A stretch of DNA of 63,658 bases, the filler included, from Octopus bimaculoides (taxonomy: Eukaryota): the NCBI RefSeq assembly GCF_001194135.2. It is 10 parts of 10 records of this genome, joined end to end, with 100 filler letters (N's around TTAATTAATTAA, not from the genome) between each part and the next. Parts side by side here need not be neighbours in the genome. Positions count along the whole stretch, not along the records: positions 17,705 to 32,319 come from NW_026334466.1; positions 32,420 to 47,832 come from NC_068998.1; 8 more parts are not named here. One strand, written 5' to 3'. The notes beneath the pieces are model-generated. The model ran no database searches, was not told the DNA's origin, and was given only the letters and a program-made list of their open reading frames with translations. Both the position numbers and the translations under genes were made by a program. Shown here piece after piece: positions 26,801 to 39,179 of the stretch (positions are counted from its first letter, which is position 1; each line of letters starts with the position of its first letter).

Positions 26801-29800
26801 TCTTTCGTTAGTTCGTTCCTTCGTATGTACGTTCGTTTGTACGTCCGTACGTACATACGTAAGTACGTACGTACGTCCGTACGCTTGTTCTTTCGTATGT
26901 CCGTACGTTCGTTCGTTCGTATATACGTACGTAGGTAGATCGTTCGTACGTACGTACGTTCGTTCTTTCGTTCGTTCCTTCGATCGTTCGGTCGTTCGTT
27001 CGTCCGCACGTACGTACGTTCGTTCTTTCGTACCTACGTACTTACGTACGTTCGAAGGAACGAAACAACGAACGAAATTACGTACATACGTATGAACGAT
27101 CGAACGAACTAAAGATTGAACGAACGAAGGTACGTACGAGCGAACGAACGAACGAACGATCGAACGAACGATCGAACGAACGATTGAACGAACGAAAGAT
27201 CGAACGAACGAACGATCGAACGAACGAACGAACGATCGAACGAACAAACAAAAGAAAGAACGTACGTACGTACGTATGTAATTACGAAGGAACGAACGNN
27301 NNNNNNNNNNNNNNNNNNNNNNNNNNNNNNNNNNNNNNNNNNNNNNNNNNNNNNNNNNNNNNNNNNNNNNNNNNNNNNNNNNNNNNNNNNNNNNNNNNNN
27401 NNNNNNNNNNNNNNNNNNNNNNNNNNNNNNNNNNNNNNNNNNNNNNNNNNNNNNNNNNNACGAACGTAATTACGTACGTACGTTCTTTCTTTCGTTCGTT
27501 CGTTCTTTCGCTCGTACGTACCTTCGTTCGTTCAATCGTTCGTTCTTTCATTTGTTCGTACGTACCTACGTACTTTCGTTCGTTCTTTTGTTCGTTCGTT
27601 CTTTTGTTCGTTCGTTCCATCGTTCGTTCTTTCTTTCGTTCGTTTGTTAATTCTTTCGTTCGTTCGTTCATTCGTTCGTTCGTACGTACAGACGTTCGTA
27701 CGTACGCTCTTTCATTCGTTCGTTCGTTGATTCATACGTAGGTAAGTTCGTTCGTTCGTTCGTTCATTCATTCGTTCGTTACTACTTACGTATGTGCGAA
27801 CTTTCGTTCGTTAGTTCGTTCGTTCATTAGTTCGTTCGTTCATTAGTTCGTTCTTTCATTAGTTCGTTCGTTCCTTCGTACGTACGTACGTATGTACGTT
27901 CGTTCGTTCCTTCGTTCGTACGTACTAACGTTCGTACGTACGACCGTTCGCTCGTCCATCCGTTCGTTCGTACGTACGTATTTACGATCGTTCGTTCGTT
28001 CATTCGTACTTACGTACGTCCGTACTTTCGTTCGTTCGTACTTACGTACATACATACGTACATACATACGTACATACATACGTACCTTCGTTTATTCGTA
28101 CTATGTACGTTCGTTTATTCATACTATGTACGTTTGTTCGTTCGTTCGTTCATTCCTTATTTTCGTTCGGTCAGTCGTTCGTACGTACATACGTTAGTTC
28201 ATTCGTACGTACGTACATTCGTTCGCTCGTTCGATCTTTCCCACGTACGGATGTATGTACGTACGTTCGTTCATTCGTACGTACGTTCGTTTGTTTGTTC
28301 GTTCGATCATTTTTCGTTCGCAAGTGCGTACGTTCGTTCGTTTGTTCATTCTAATGTACGTACCACGTACGTACGTACATTCGTTCGTTCTTTTCTTCGT
28401 TCGTACGAACCTTCGTTCGTACGGACGTATGTACGCACGTTCCTTCGTACGTCCGATCGTACGTACGTTTGTTTCTTTGTACGTACGCACGTACGTTCTT
28501 TCGTTCGTTAGTTCTATTCTTCGTTCGTTCTTTCGTTCGTTTCTTTGATCGTTCGGTCGTTCGTTCGTTCGCACCTACGTACGTATTTACGACCGTTCGT
28601 TCGTACTTACGTACGTACATACGTTCGTACTTTCGTTGGATCGTTCTTTCGTTCGGACGTATTTACGTACGTACGTTCGTTCGTTCGTACATACGTAATT
28701 ACGTACGTACGTTCTTTCATTCGTTTCTTTCGTTCGTTCGTACGTACGTGCGTATGTGCGTTCAATCGTTAGTTCCTTCGTACGTTCGTTCGCTCGTACG
28801 TTCGTACATACGTGCGTACGTTCGCTTGTTCATTCATTTCGTTTCTTCGTTCATTCGTTCCTTCATACGTATGTACGTTCGCTCGTTCGTTCGTACATAC
28901 GTACGTACGTTCGTTCGTTCTTTCGTACGTACGGACCTATGTATATGATTCCGTTTGCTCATACGTACGTTCGATCTTTCGATCGTTCTTTCTTTCGTAC
29001 ATACATTCGTTTCTTCCATCGTTCGTTCATTCGTTCTTTCGTTGGTACCTACGTACATACTTACGTTCGTTCGTTCCTTGATTCGTCCTGTCTTCAGTTT
29101 GTTCGATAGTTAGTTCGTTTGAACTTACGTATGTTCGTCGTTCATTCGTTCGGTTTACGTACGTTCGTTCATTCTTTCGTACGTAGGTACTTGCGAACGT
29201 ACCTCCGTACGTACGTTCGTTCTCTCGTTCTTTCGTACTTACCAACGTACGTTCGTTCGTTATTTCGTATGTTCGTTCTTTCGTTCGTTCGTTCGTTCGT
29301 TCGTTCGTGCCTTCGTACTATCGAAAGAACGACAGAACTAACGTATGTACGTACGTACGAACGAACAAACGAACAGATGGACGAGCGAACGTATGTACGT
29401 ACGAACAAACGAAGGAACGAACGGACGTACGGACGTAGTACATAAGTACGTACAAACGAACGAACGAACGAACGAATGTACATACGTACGTAAATATGAA
29501 CGAACGTACGTACGTACGAACGAAGGAATGAACGAACTAATGAACGAACGAACTCACGAACTAATGAACGAAGGAACTAACGAACGAAAGTTCACACATA
29601 CGTACGTAGCAACAAACGAACGAATGAAAGAACGAACTAACGTACGTACGTATGAATCAACCAACGAATGAAAGAACGTACGTACGTACGAACGAACGAA
29701 CGAACGAAAGAATTAACGAATGAACAAAAGAAGGAGCGAACNNNNNNNNNNNNNNNNNNNNNNNNNNNNNNNNNNNNNNNNNNNNNNNNNNNNNNNNNNN

Positions 29801-32319
29801 NNNNNNNNNNNNNNNNNNNNNNNNNNNNNNNNNNNNNNNNNNNNNNNNNNNNNNNNNNNNNNNNNNNNNNNNNNNNNNNNNNNNNNNNNNNNNNNNNNNN
29901 NNNNNNNNNNNNNNNNNNNNNNNNNNNNNNNNNNNNNNNNNNNNNNNNNNNNNNNNNNNNNNNNNNNNNNNNNNNNNNNNNNNNNNNNNNNNNNNNNNNN
30001 NNNNNNNNNNNNNNNNNNNNNNNNNNNNNNNNNNNNNNNNNNNNNNNNNNNNNNNNNNNNNNNNNNNNNNNNNNNNNNNNNNNNNNNNNNNNNNNNNNNN
30101 NNNNNNNNCGTTCCTTCAATCTTTCGTTCGTATGTACATACGAAGGACCGAGCAATTGAACGAACAAACAACGAACGACCTTACGTACGTAAATACGTAC
30201 GAACGATCGAACGAACGAACGAACATACGAAATAACGAACGAACGTACGTTGGTAATTACGAGAGAACGAACGTACGTACGGATGTACGTCGTTCGGTTT
30301 ACGTACGTTCGTTTATTCTTTCGTACGTAGGTACTTGCGAACGTACATCCGTACGTACGTTCGTTCTCTCATTCTTTCGTACTTACCAACGTACGTTCGT
30401 TCGTTATTTCGTATGTTCGTTCGTTCGTTCGTTCGTACGTACCTTCGTACTAACTAAAGAATGACAGAACTAACGTATGTACGTACGTATTTACGTTCGT
30501 TCGTTCGTACATAGGTAATTACAAACGAAAGACAGAACGAATGAAGGAACGAACGAACGTAAGTATGTACGTAGATACGAACGAATGAACGAACGATCGA
30601 AGAAACGAAAGTACGAACGATCGAAAGATCGAACGGTTGTATGAGCGAACGGAATCATATACATACGTCCGTACGTACGAAATAACTAACGAACGATAGT
30701 ACGTACGTACGTATGAAGGAACGAATTAACGAAGAAACGAAATGAATAAACGAGCGAACGAACGAACGTACGAAGGAACTAACGATTGAACGTACATACG
30801 CACGTACGTACGTACGAACGAACGAATGAAAGAACTTACTACGTAATTACGTNNNNNNNNNNNNNNNNNNNNNNNNNNNNNNNNNNNNNNNNNNNNNNNN
30901 NNNNNNNNNNNNNNNNNNNNNNNNNNNNNNNNNNNNNNNNNNNNNNNNNNNNNNNNNNNNNNNNNNNNNNNNNNNNNNNNNNNNNNNNNNNNNNNNNNNN
31001 NNNNNNNNNNNNNNNNNNNNNNNNNNNNNNNNNNNNNNNNNNNNNNNNNNNNNNNNNNNNNNNNNNNNNNNNNNNNNNNNNNNNNNNNNNNNNNNNNNNN
31101 NNNNNNNNNNNNNNNNNNNNNNNNNNNNNNNNNNNNNNNNNNNNNNNNNNNNNNNNNNNNNNNNNNNNNNNNNNNNNNNNNNNNNNNNNNNNNNNNNNNN
31201 NNNNNNNNNNNNNNNNNNNNNNNNNNNNGAACGAACGAACGAACGTAGGGACGTAAGTACTTACGTTCGTTCGTTCGTAATTACGTACGTACGTTCGTTC
31301 TTTTGTTCCTTCGTTCGTTCGTTCCATCGTTCGTTCCTTCTTTCGATTGTTCGTTTGTGCGTTCGTTCGATCAATCGTTCGTTCGTTCCTACGTACGTAA
31401 GGTTGTACGTTTGTTCGTACGTATGTACCTACGATTGTTCGTTAAATCCTTTGTTCTATCGTTCGTTTCTTCTTTCGTTCATTCGGTCGTTCGTTGATTC
31501 TTTTGTTCGTTCGTTCGTTGATTCATACGTACGTACGTTCGATCGTTCGTTCGTTCATTCGTTCGTTCGTTACCACGTACGTATGTGCGAACTTTCGTTC
31601 GTTAGTACGTTCGTTCATTCGTTCGTTCGTAAATACGTAAGTACGTACGTTCATTCGTTTGTTCGTTCTTTCGTTCGTTCGATCGTTTGTACGTACGCAC
31701 GTTCGTTCGTTTGTTCATTCTAATGTACGTTCGTTCGTTCTTTTGTTCGTACGTTCGTTCATTTGTTCGTACGTACCTAAGTACTTTCGTTCGTTCTTTT
31801 GTTCGTTCGTTCCATCGTTCGTTCCTTCTTTCGTTTGTTTGCTTGTGCGTTGGTTCGATCAATCGTTTGTTCGTTCGTAAGTATGTACCTACGATTGTTC
31901 GTTAAATCGTTTGTTATATCGTTCGTTCCTTCCTTCGTTCGTTCGCTAATTCTTTCGTTCGTTCGCTAATTCTTTCGTTCGTTCATTCGAACGTAGAGAC
32001 GTTCGTACGTACGTACGTACGTTCTTTCATTCGTTCTTTCGTTGATTCATACGTAGGTACGTTCGTTCGTTCGTTCGCTCGTTACTACGTACGTATGTGC
32101 GAACTTTCGTTCGTTAGTTCGTTCGTTCATTAGTTCGTTCGTTCATTAGTTCGTTCTTTCATTAGTTCGTTCGTTCCTTCGTACGTACGTACGTACGTAC
32201 GTATGTACGTTCGTTCGTTCCTTCGTTTGATCGTACGAACTAACGTTCGCTCGTCCATCCGTTCGTTCGTACGTACGTAATTACGATCGTTCGTTCGTTC
32301 ATTCGTAGTTACGTACGTC
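17803..32319. repeat. Complex CpG-rich tetranucleotide-phased satellite (ACGA/ACGT variants) with alternating polarity and higher-order duplications
   Basis: Continuous 4-nt-phased variants of ACGA, ACGT, ATGA, ACAA, ATGT and AAGA, with blocks alternating between (ACGA)n and (TCGT)n. Landmark motifs recur in both orientations. Contains about 1 kb of internal N gaps and is flanked by 100-N gaps. Confidence 0.95.
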
Positions 32320-32419
32320 NNNNNNNNNNNNNNNNNNNNNNNNNNNNNNNNNNNNNNNNNNNNTTAATTAATTAANNNNNNNNNNNNNNNNNNNNNNNNN
32401 NNNNNNNNNNNNNNNNNNN

Positions 32420-33117
32420 ACGAGGTTAAAAATGAAAAATATTTTCTAAGTAATGTCCGAGTCTCTATTTGCTGTCCGGCAACGTTTATTCAGACGCATT
32501 TTGTGATGTCGGGCGCGAAAATACCTTAAGCTAAGCCTGAAAGCAATGAAGTCATAAAAGAATCATCCATAACTTGCCGTAAGCAACATTTATTAAAATA
32601 AAAGTGTTGTATATCGCCTGCACTGGTTGACGTTGTATGGAAAGATGAAATAAATGAAAGCGAATTTTCTGATGTTGACTATGAATCTGACGATGACGGA
32701 GATTTACACTACAATGATGCTGACATGTTTACGGAGGAACAAATGGAGCAGTTATTTGATGCTGAAAGGATTTGAATAAATGTGTTTGCTTTTGCTTTTG
32801 TAACTGATAGTGATAAATATGTGAAAGGCTATTTACTTAATATTTATTTTTCACTGACGTTATTACTGTTATTTTTTATTTTCTGCTAACAAAGTGCACA
32901 AAAAAGCTACACGTTTGCATTATGTCATATATAGAATAATAATAAAGGACGTTACCGTATATATGTTTACAAACCAAGGACGTTATATAGACCTCCTTGA
33001 CTCAAGTTAGAGAAGGGATGCGTATTATACACAAGGTTTAGGTTTTTCAGAGGTACATCCCCCTAAAAATCCCCTGCGTATTATACTCAAGGGCGGACTA
33101 TACTCGAGGATTTACTG
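32420..33117 (+). mobile_element. pogo/Tc2-like DNA transposon 3' end (acidic C-terminal remnant plus right TIR)
   Basis: Terminus gggcggactatactcgaggatttactg followed by TA; subterminal repeat gcgtattatac at about 33019 and 33076; remnant KCCISPALVDVVWKDEINESEFSDVDYESDDD...EQLFDAE. Left end lies in a gap. Confidence 0.5.
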
Positions 33118-33629
33118 TATGGTTTTCTATTGTTTAAGCTTTCTCAATGCCTTGACGAAGAAACGAGGATTATGAGGATGCAAGCTCTATTTTGTCTTCT
33201 ATAACAGGCACAAGGCCAGACAATTAACGTGAGAGTGGTTAGTCTTAATTGTTACTTTATTCTATGGACTTTGGAACGATGAAAGGCAAAGTTGAGCTCT
33301 GCGGAATTTGAATTTTAAACGTAAAGAGACGGAACAAATAACACAGGGTATTTTGTCTGGCTCTCTAACGATTCTGACAATCCACAACACTGGTTTTCTC
33401 ATTAATAAATTTCAGCGGGGTAAAAAGTTCCTCTAATATTTGGGTTAATTTAGCCTCACCACCATCCCTCCAATTAGATTTCTATCGTCGTATCATACAT
33501 TCATTACCAGCTAATTTGCTGAAGCTGACTGACGAAGCAAGTTGCATGATCTGTTAGCGGAAACAGGATATGTCCCAGCACTTGATAGGTATTTAAAATG
33601 TATTTCTCTTGGGTGACTTTTTTGAAGTC

Positions 33630-33778
33630 GACTCCAGTGCGTAACTGATACTTATTTAATCGACCCCGAAAGGATGAAAGGCAAAGTCGACCTCGGCAGA
33701 ATTTGAACTTAGAACGTAGCAGCAGACAAAATACCGCTATGCATTTCACCCAACGTGCTAACGATTCTGTCAGCTCGC
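33630..33778 (-). mobile_element. SINE family A (a second, more degraded copy at about 33200-33378)
   Basis: cgaccccgaaaggatgaaaggcaaagtcgacctcggcagaatttgaacttagaacg...aacgattctgtcagctcgc. Confidence 0.8.
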
Positions 33779-33875
33779 AATATGTAACTAAATAATCTAT
33801 GTGTATGTGAGTGCACGGGTGTATATAGTCACGCACACACACACACCACAGATATTTAATTATGTATATATATGC

Positions 33876-33925
<50 letters not shown>

Positions 33926-33945
33926 ATGTATGTATGTATGTATGT

Positions 33946-33976
<31 letters not shown>

Positions 33977-34007
33977 TACATATATGTGTATATGTATGTA
34001 TATATAT

Positions 34008-35180
34008 TACAGCTTGAATTCTACAAAGTATGGACTCGTATAAAGTTTGAATTGTTTCCAAAGGAATTTGTGTCCATTCTTCAGCTAAAACACTCTCCAG
34101 TTCTTGTAGTGATGATGGTGGAGGATATCGACTCCTTACTTGTTATTCTTAAATGCACCATAAATGTTCAACAATATTGAGATCTGGGGACTGCGGTGGC
34201 CAGATAAGACGTTCAACTTCACTAGAATGTTCCTCGTGCCAATCAGTAACAACTTTTGTTGTGTGAATTGGTGCATTATCATTCTGAAAGATTGCATTTC
34301 CCCCCGGAAACAGTTTCGCAACCATAGGATGAATTTGATCAGATAAAATGCTTAAATAGTCTTGACTATTAATTCTGCCGTGAAGGGAAACCATTGGGCC
34401 AGCGGATTTCCAAGATATAGCACCCGCCAGATCATCACAGATCCTCCTCCATGTTTAACAGTTGGAAGAAGGCAGTCTGGGTCAATTGCTTCTTTTGGCT
34501 GTCTCCACACGTATACTCGGCCGGCGGTCGGAAATAAGGTAAAGGATGACTCGTCCGAGAAAATAACATTCTTCCACTGCTCTTGAGACCAATTCTATAG
34601 GTTTTTACTCCACTCTAAACGCTTTCCAACGTAGTGGTTTTCTGATTGCAACCCTCCCGTTATCTCCAGCTTTATTCAGCTCCCGGCGAAAAGATTTTGT
34701 GGTAACTGGGTTCTCGAGGTGGTTATTAAACTCTGCAGTAAATTTGGGAGCTGTACTTTTGTGAGCCTTTCTAACAATTCGTGTAAGAGTCCGACGGTCC
34801 CTATCTGAAAGTTTTGGTTTTCTTCCAGAGTTTTGTTCCGACGAGGAGGTTTTTCCCTATTTCTCAAAGGCTATCATTACTTTCGAGACAGTACTTCTTG
34901 ATACACCAAACATTTCGGCTGTATTCGTTACGCTAGTGCCTGCCATACGAGCACCAACAATTTGACTTCTTTGGAAGTCCGATAGATCTGTCATTTTAAT
35001 GAATGTTAATTACCTTTTTTGATGATATCTGAAAAGAAACAGCAATTTTAGCAAAACGTTAAGCAACACAAATAATAAATCAAAAAACATAAAAATAAAC
35101 AAGCCTTTGACGGTTTTATAGATATTTCAAAATTATGATGCTATGATGTTAGGTATTTCCATTATTTTGTCCAACCCCTG
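34008..35180 (-). mobile_element. Tc1-like transposon with DD36E catalytic spacing; transposase pseudogene (ATG at 34994), 3'-truncated
   Basis: TA-CAGGGGTTGGACAAAATAATGGAAATACC TIR at 35180. MTDLSDFQRSQIVGARMAGTSV...GRKPKLS, FSDESSF, KHGGGSVMIW and FQNDNAPIH...WPPQSPDLNIVEHLW, ending at YESILCRIQAVI against a microsatellite. Contains internal stops and frameshifts. Confidence 0.9.
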
Positions 35181-35255
35181 TATATATANNNNNNNNNNNN
35201 NNNNNNNNNNNNNNNNNNNNNNNNNNNNNNNNNNNNNNNNNNNNNNNNNNNNNNN

Positions 35256-35286
<31 letters not shown>

Positions 35287-37125
35287 TTCGAATTATTAAT
35301 TCATGGAACTCTCGAACTAGGATGTCTTTATCGAATGCTGTTTAAAATCATACCCACGGTTTTGAGGTGTGTGGAACCACCTCTTAGCCACTATTATTCT
35401 CGTGTCTATTCAAACCTGGAGTTGTAGCACATCTCAGGGTCCCATAAGCGGGTTAATTAGCATATTGAGGCTTATCTAAGTGTGTATGTGTTATGACGTG
35501 GGTATACACGTCTGGTGTAAAACGGTATCACACAAATAAATAGTTGGCTTTGGTTATCTAAAAATAACCTATCGCAGATATATATGTTAAAACAGAACGC
35601 TCTCTGTACAACTCGAACGTAAGTATTCACTGTTCAACTACCGACTATTAAACCAATCGGTTAGTCTAACTTCCGTCACGTGTGGGTGTTCAGCATTCTC
35701 CTATAACAGTATTTAAAAAAATCCGGTGCAATCTGCGGAAGAAAGCTTTATGCTTCAACGAGGAAGGTGGCTGCAGCAACGCATTGTGGAGGGCCGAGAG
35801 TAAGATCGGACAAGTAAGATGTCTTGATCGTTCACTGCACCCGACTCCGTCCCCAGTCGTCTTGGCTTGATCTTGCCATTGGATTGAAGGTGGTCACGGA
35901 CGGGAAAGCGAGGTTGACGGTGTGCAGTTCTTCTTCACTTTAAACAAAGTCACTGCACAATTCATCAATCATTCCTTAAACATGGTTAGACGGTCCTCTT
36001 CGATCCGACGGCGGACATATTACCTCTCCTGGTTTAGAGTAGTAACTCAAGAAACTACAAACAGCCCTAAAAGCTTTGATCATTCGAATTAACTAGGTTG
36101 TTCTCCAGTTGACTTAATGCTGCTTGCACTGAAACTATTGTTTTCATTTCTCAAAAAGTCTCAAGTTTCAGAAATGTCTACTAAACTATATTGTATGACC
36201 AACATGCAGTTGATCTTAGTTGTGGTTGTGGTTGCAGTGGTGTTTAGCCACAGGCAAAGCTTATCAACCTACGATCAGCAGCGTTCTAAAATATGATCAA
36301 CAGCGTTCCAATCTATGATCAGCAGTGTTCCAGCTGCGAACACCTGATATTTTATTTAACCACAGTGTATCTAGGACTACGTTACTCAATGTCTCCTTTC
36401 TTCAAGATTTTCAGTGAGGAATTTTTTGATTCGTCATTTTCCATGTTGGATAATCCTTTTAAATGTACATTCTTTTAGTAAATAAAAAAAGAAACATGAT
36501 TCTGCAGTTTGGTAGAAAATTATATATATATATACACACACACACTTATTTATCTATTTATGTATTTATTTATTTAGTTAGTTAGTTAGTTAGTTATAGG
36601 CAGTAATCCTCAATTCGTTGGTTGGCTATCTATGATCGATCTATGTCTGACGGTGGATAGCCAAATACCAGGGAATTCTTGACATTAAATAGTAACATGG
36701 ATTCACATGTTATATAAGTGTAATGTATGTGTGTATGTACATATATGTATGCATGTATGTATGCATGTGTGTGTGTGTGCATGCGTGTACGTGCGCGCGC
36801 GCGTGTATGTGTGTGTGTTAATTGGATCACGGAAGTGAGTGAGCAGTACCCATACCATCTCCATTCATACCGAGACATGTGATGTCATAACTCCAGTTTC
36901 CGTCAGTTGCTGCTTGTAGGGAAACTGTGCGACCTAATTGAAAGTGTGGAGCAGTTTTATTTAGAACGGAGTAAATGTGTTTAGGAGTCTGATGTTTGCA
37001 ACATTCTTGTAACGATGTTAGATGAAGTGGCGACTACGTGGAGTATACACAGCTTTGTAAGTTCAGAGAAGGAGCAAGTGTAGCTACGAAAGAAAAGACA
37101 GAATATCAGAGAGGGGGGAGAGAGA

Positions 37126-37201
<76 letters not shown>

Positions 37202-37421
37202 ATCAGACAGAGGAAGAAAGAGATGAAGCAAAATGTACTTGGGCAATACATTTTAGCGTATGTATGTATGTATGTATGTATGTATGTATGTATGTATGTA
37301 TGTATGTATGTATGGGGGAGTGTAAAATCTGCTACGAATGACAACCATAAAGGGGAAAACTTATGCTTAAATATATACAAATATATACGTGGTGTATATG
37401 TGACATTATGACATTCAAATG

Positions 37422-37469
<48 letters not shown>

Positions 37470-39179
37470 AATCCGGTCGAGCAGTTTGTCTAGTCCCGTG
37501 CAACTCTCTTCCACGCCAAGTATCCTCAACTTGATATCCAATAGGTAATATTTATCTCCATTTAGAACAAACTATACTGCGGTAGATATAAACAAGAGTG
37601 CATTTTGCACCAAAAGCCAATATGAAAGCCAAGCTAATATGAAAGCCAAGCCAATATGAGAGTTTTTCTCGTGGTTTCTACTGCAGTATAGTTTGTTCTA
37701 ACAACAACTACGTTTAAGTGGAAATAAATATTACCTCTCGTTATCAAAATTGCCTCTTTCGCTAATATATATTTGATATTCAATGTCTTCCACAAGCTGT
37801 ACGATGTATGCTCTCCTTGGTCTGCTGATACTTAATACATTCTCTCTCAATCCCATCAGCTTTAATCTTCCTAGTCATAACTTCGAAAGCACCCTAGATT
37901 CGATGTTAACTCTCGATGATAGCCATTCATCCTGCTACATCGATTTATTCTTTTGCTAGACACGAAAGGTTAAGCCTATATTTTATTGAAAAAGATAATT
38001 GAGATATGATGTGCATGCTTTTCTTCAGTTATATTAGAGCCGTTGGTGAAGTGAAAAGTCTTAACGGAAAACTGAACTGAGGTTTACCTCTTGTTCTGTG
38101 GCATTCGTCAATTCCATTTATTGACTGAACATGAAAACTTTAAAATATTCTTCATGCATCAAAATAAACCTTATGTGGTTGTTTATGGTTTGGATGACAT
38201 GTTTTGGGCTTCGTCTGCAGTTGTGACTAACTTTTGCACTGATCTCGTCAAACAGTTTGTTGGATTTATAGTTTTTAGTGCTTCGTTCTATAAAGCTACG
38301 GCTTGGTCGAGAATTGTTTAGTCGGTTGATATCTTAAGAGGTTCCCTGGTTCTTGTTGCTGGCTATAACTGCACAAGAAACCAAAATTGCGTCATTCAAA
38401 TATGCTTGTTTAATAGAAGCAATAAAATGATGTCATATCACAAACACCAGAAAAAATCATTTTTAAAACTCAGCCCGAATTACAAATGGAGTAAACATCT
38501 GATAACACAACATCAATGAACAATAGGAGAATGACTTTTGAATTAACCAATCGGAAACAATATACTGATAAAGTAACTTCTGAAAAACATTTTCTCATAA
38601 ACTGGGTCTGAAAAACAATATACAGACAAATAACATGGAAAATGACTAACGAAAAATAGAACAACGAAACGAATTTGCAAATGAAACGACAACGAATGAA
38701 ATGATAACCATAGATAATAAAAAAAAATATTTGCATCAATGTATATAAAACCATCCGGGATACTGAAAGAAGACAGTTTTCACCTAATGATAGAAGTGTT
38801 ATGAAACTTAGTCATGCAACAGTGAATCATTCAACCACGGTAGTAGTTGAATATATTCTTAAGTCCACTATTTCGTCAATCGCAGCAGCTTCCAAGCTTT
38901 ACCACTAATTCAGTTTTCAACTAAATTGCAAACTGTTAATAGTTTTAAAGAGGACACTTCCTCAGCTACACTTTGGCGTAAATAATTTGAGATTTGGTTC
39001 AGTAGAAAAAAAAGTTACATCCCAATATCTGCGACCTCAAGTGTATGAGGAATTCAGAATCGTTAGACGCATTGAACAAAAATTAGTAGTAAAAGAGTTA
39101 TTGAGGTGAAATGTTACAAAATTTCATGTCAGTAAGTAAGGAAGTTAGGGAGTAACGCCCAAGCAATAAGAATAAACCC

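Noticed and set aside
17813-31905. Dozens of ORFs rich in RTNE / RSFV / YVRT
   Set aside because: By-products of stop-poor 4-nt repeats, present in all six frames with no start or splice context and no domain content.
17803-32319. CRISPR-like or tRNA-like array interpretation of the satellite
   Set aside because: No constant repeat with unique spacers and no cas genes; eukaryotic context.
38060-38400. Possible additional LINE-like remnant on the minus strand (also 2790-3030 and 63180-63440)
   Set aside because: Only vague compositional similarity; no motif I can name with confidence.
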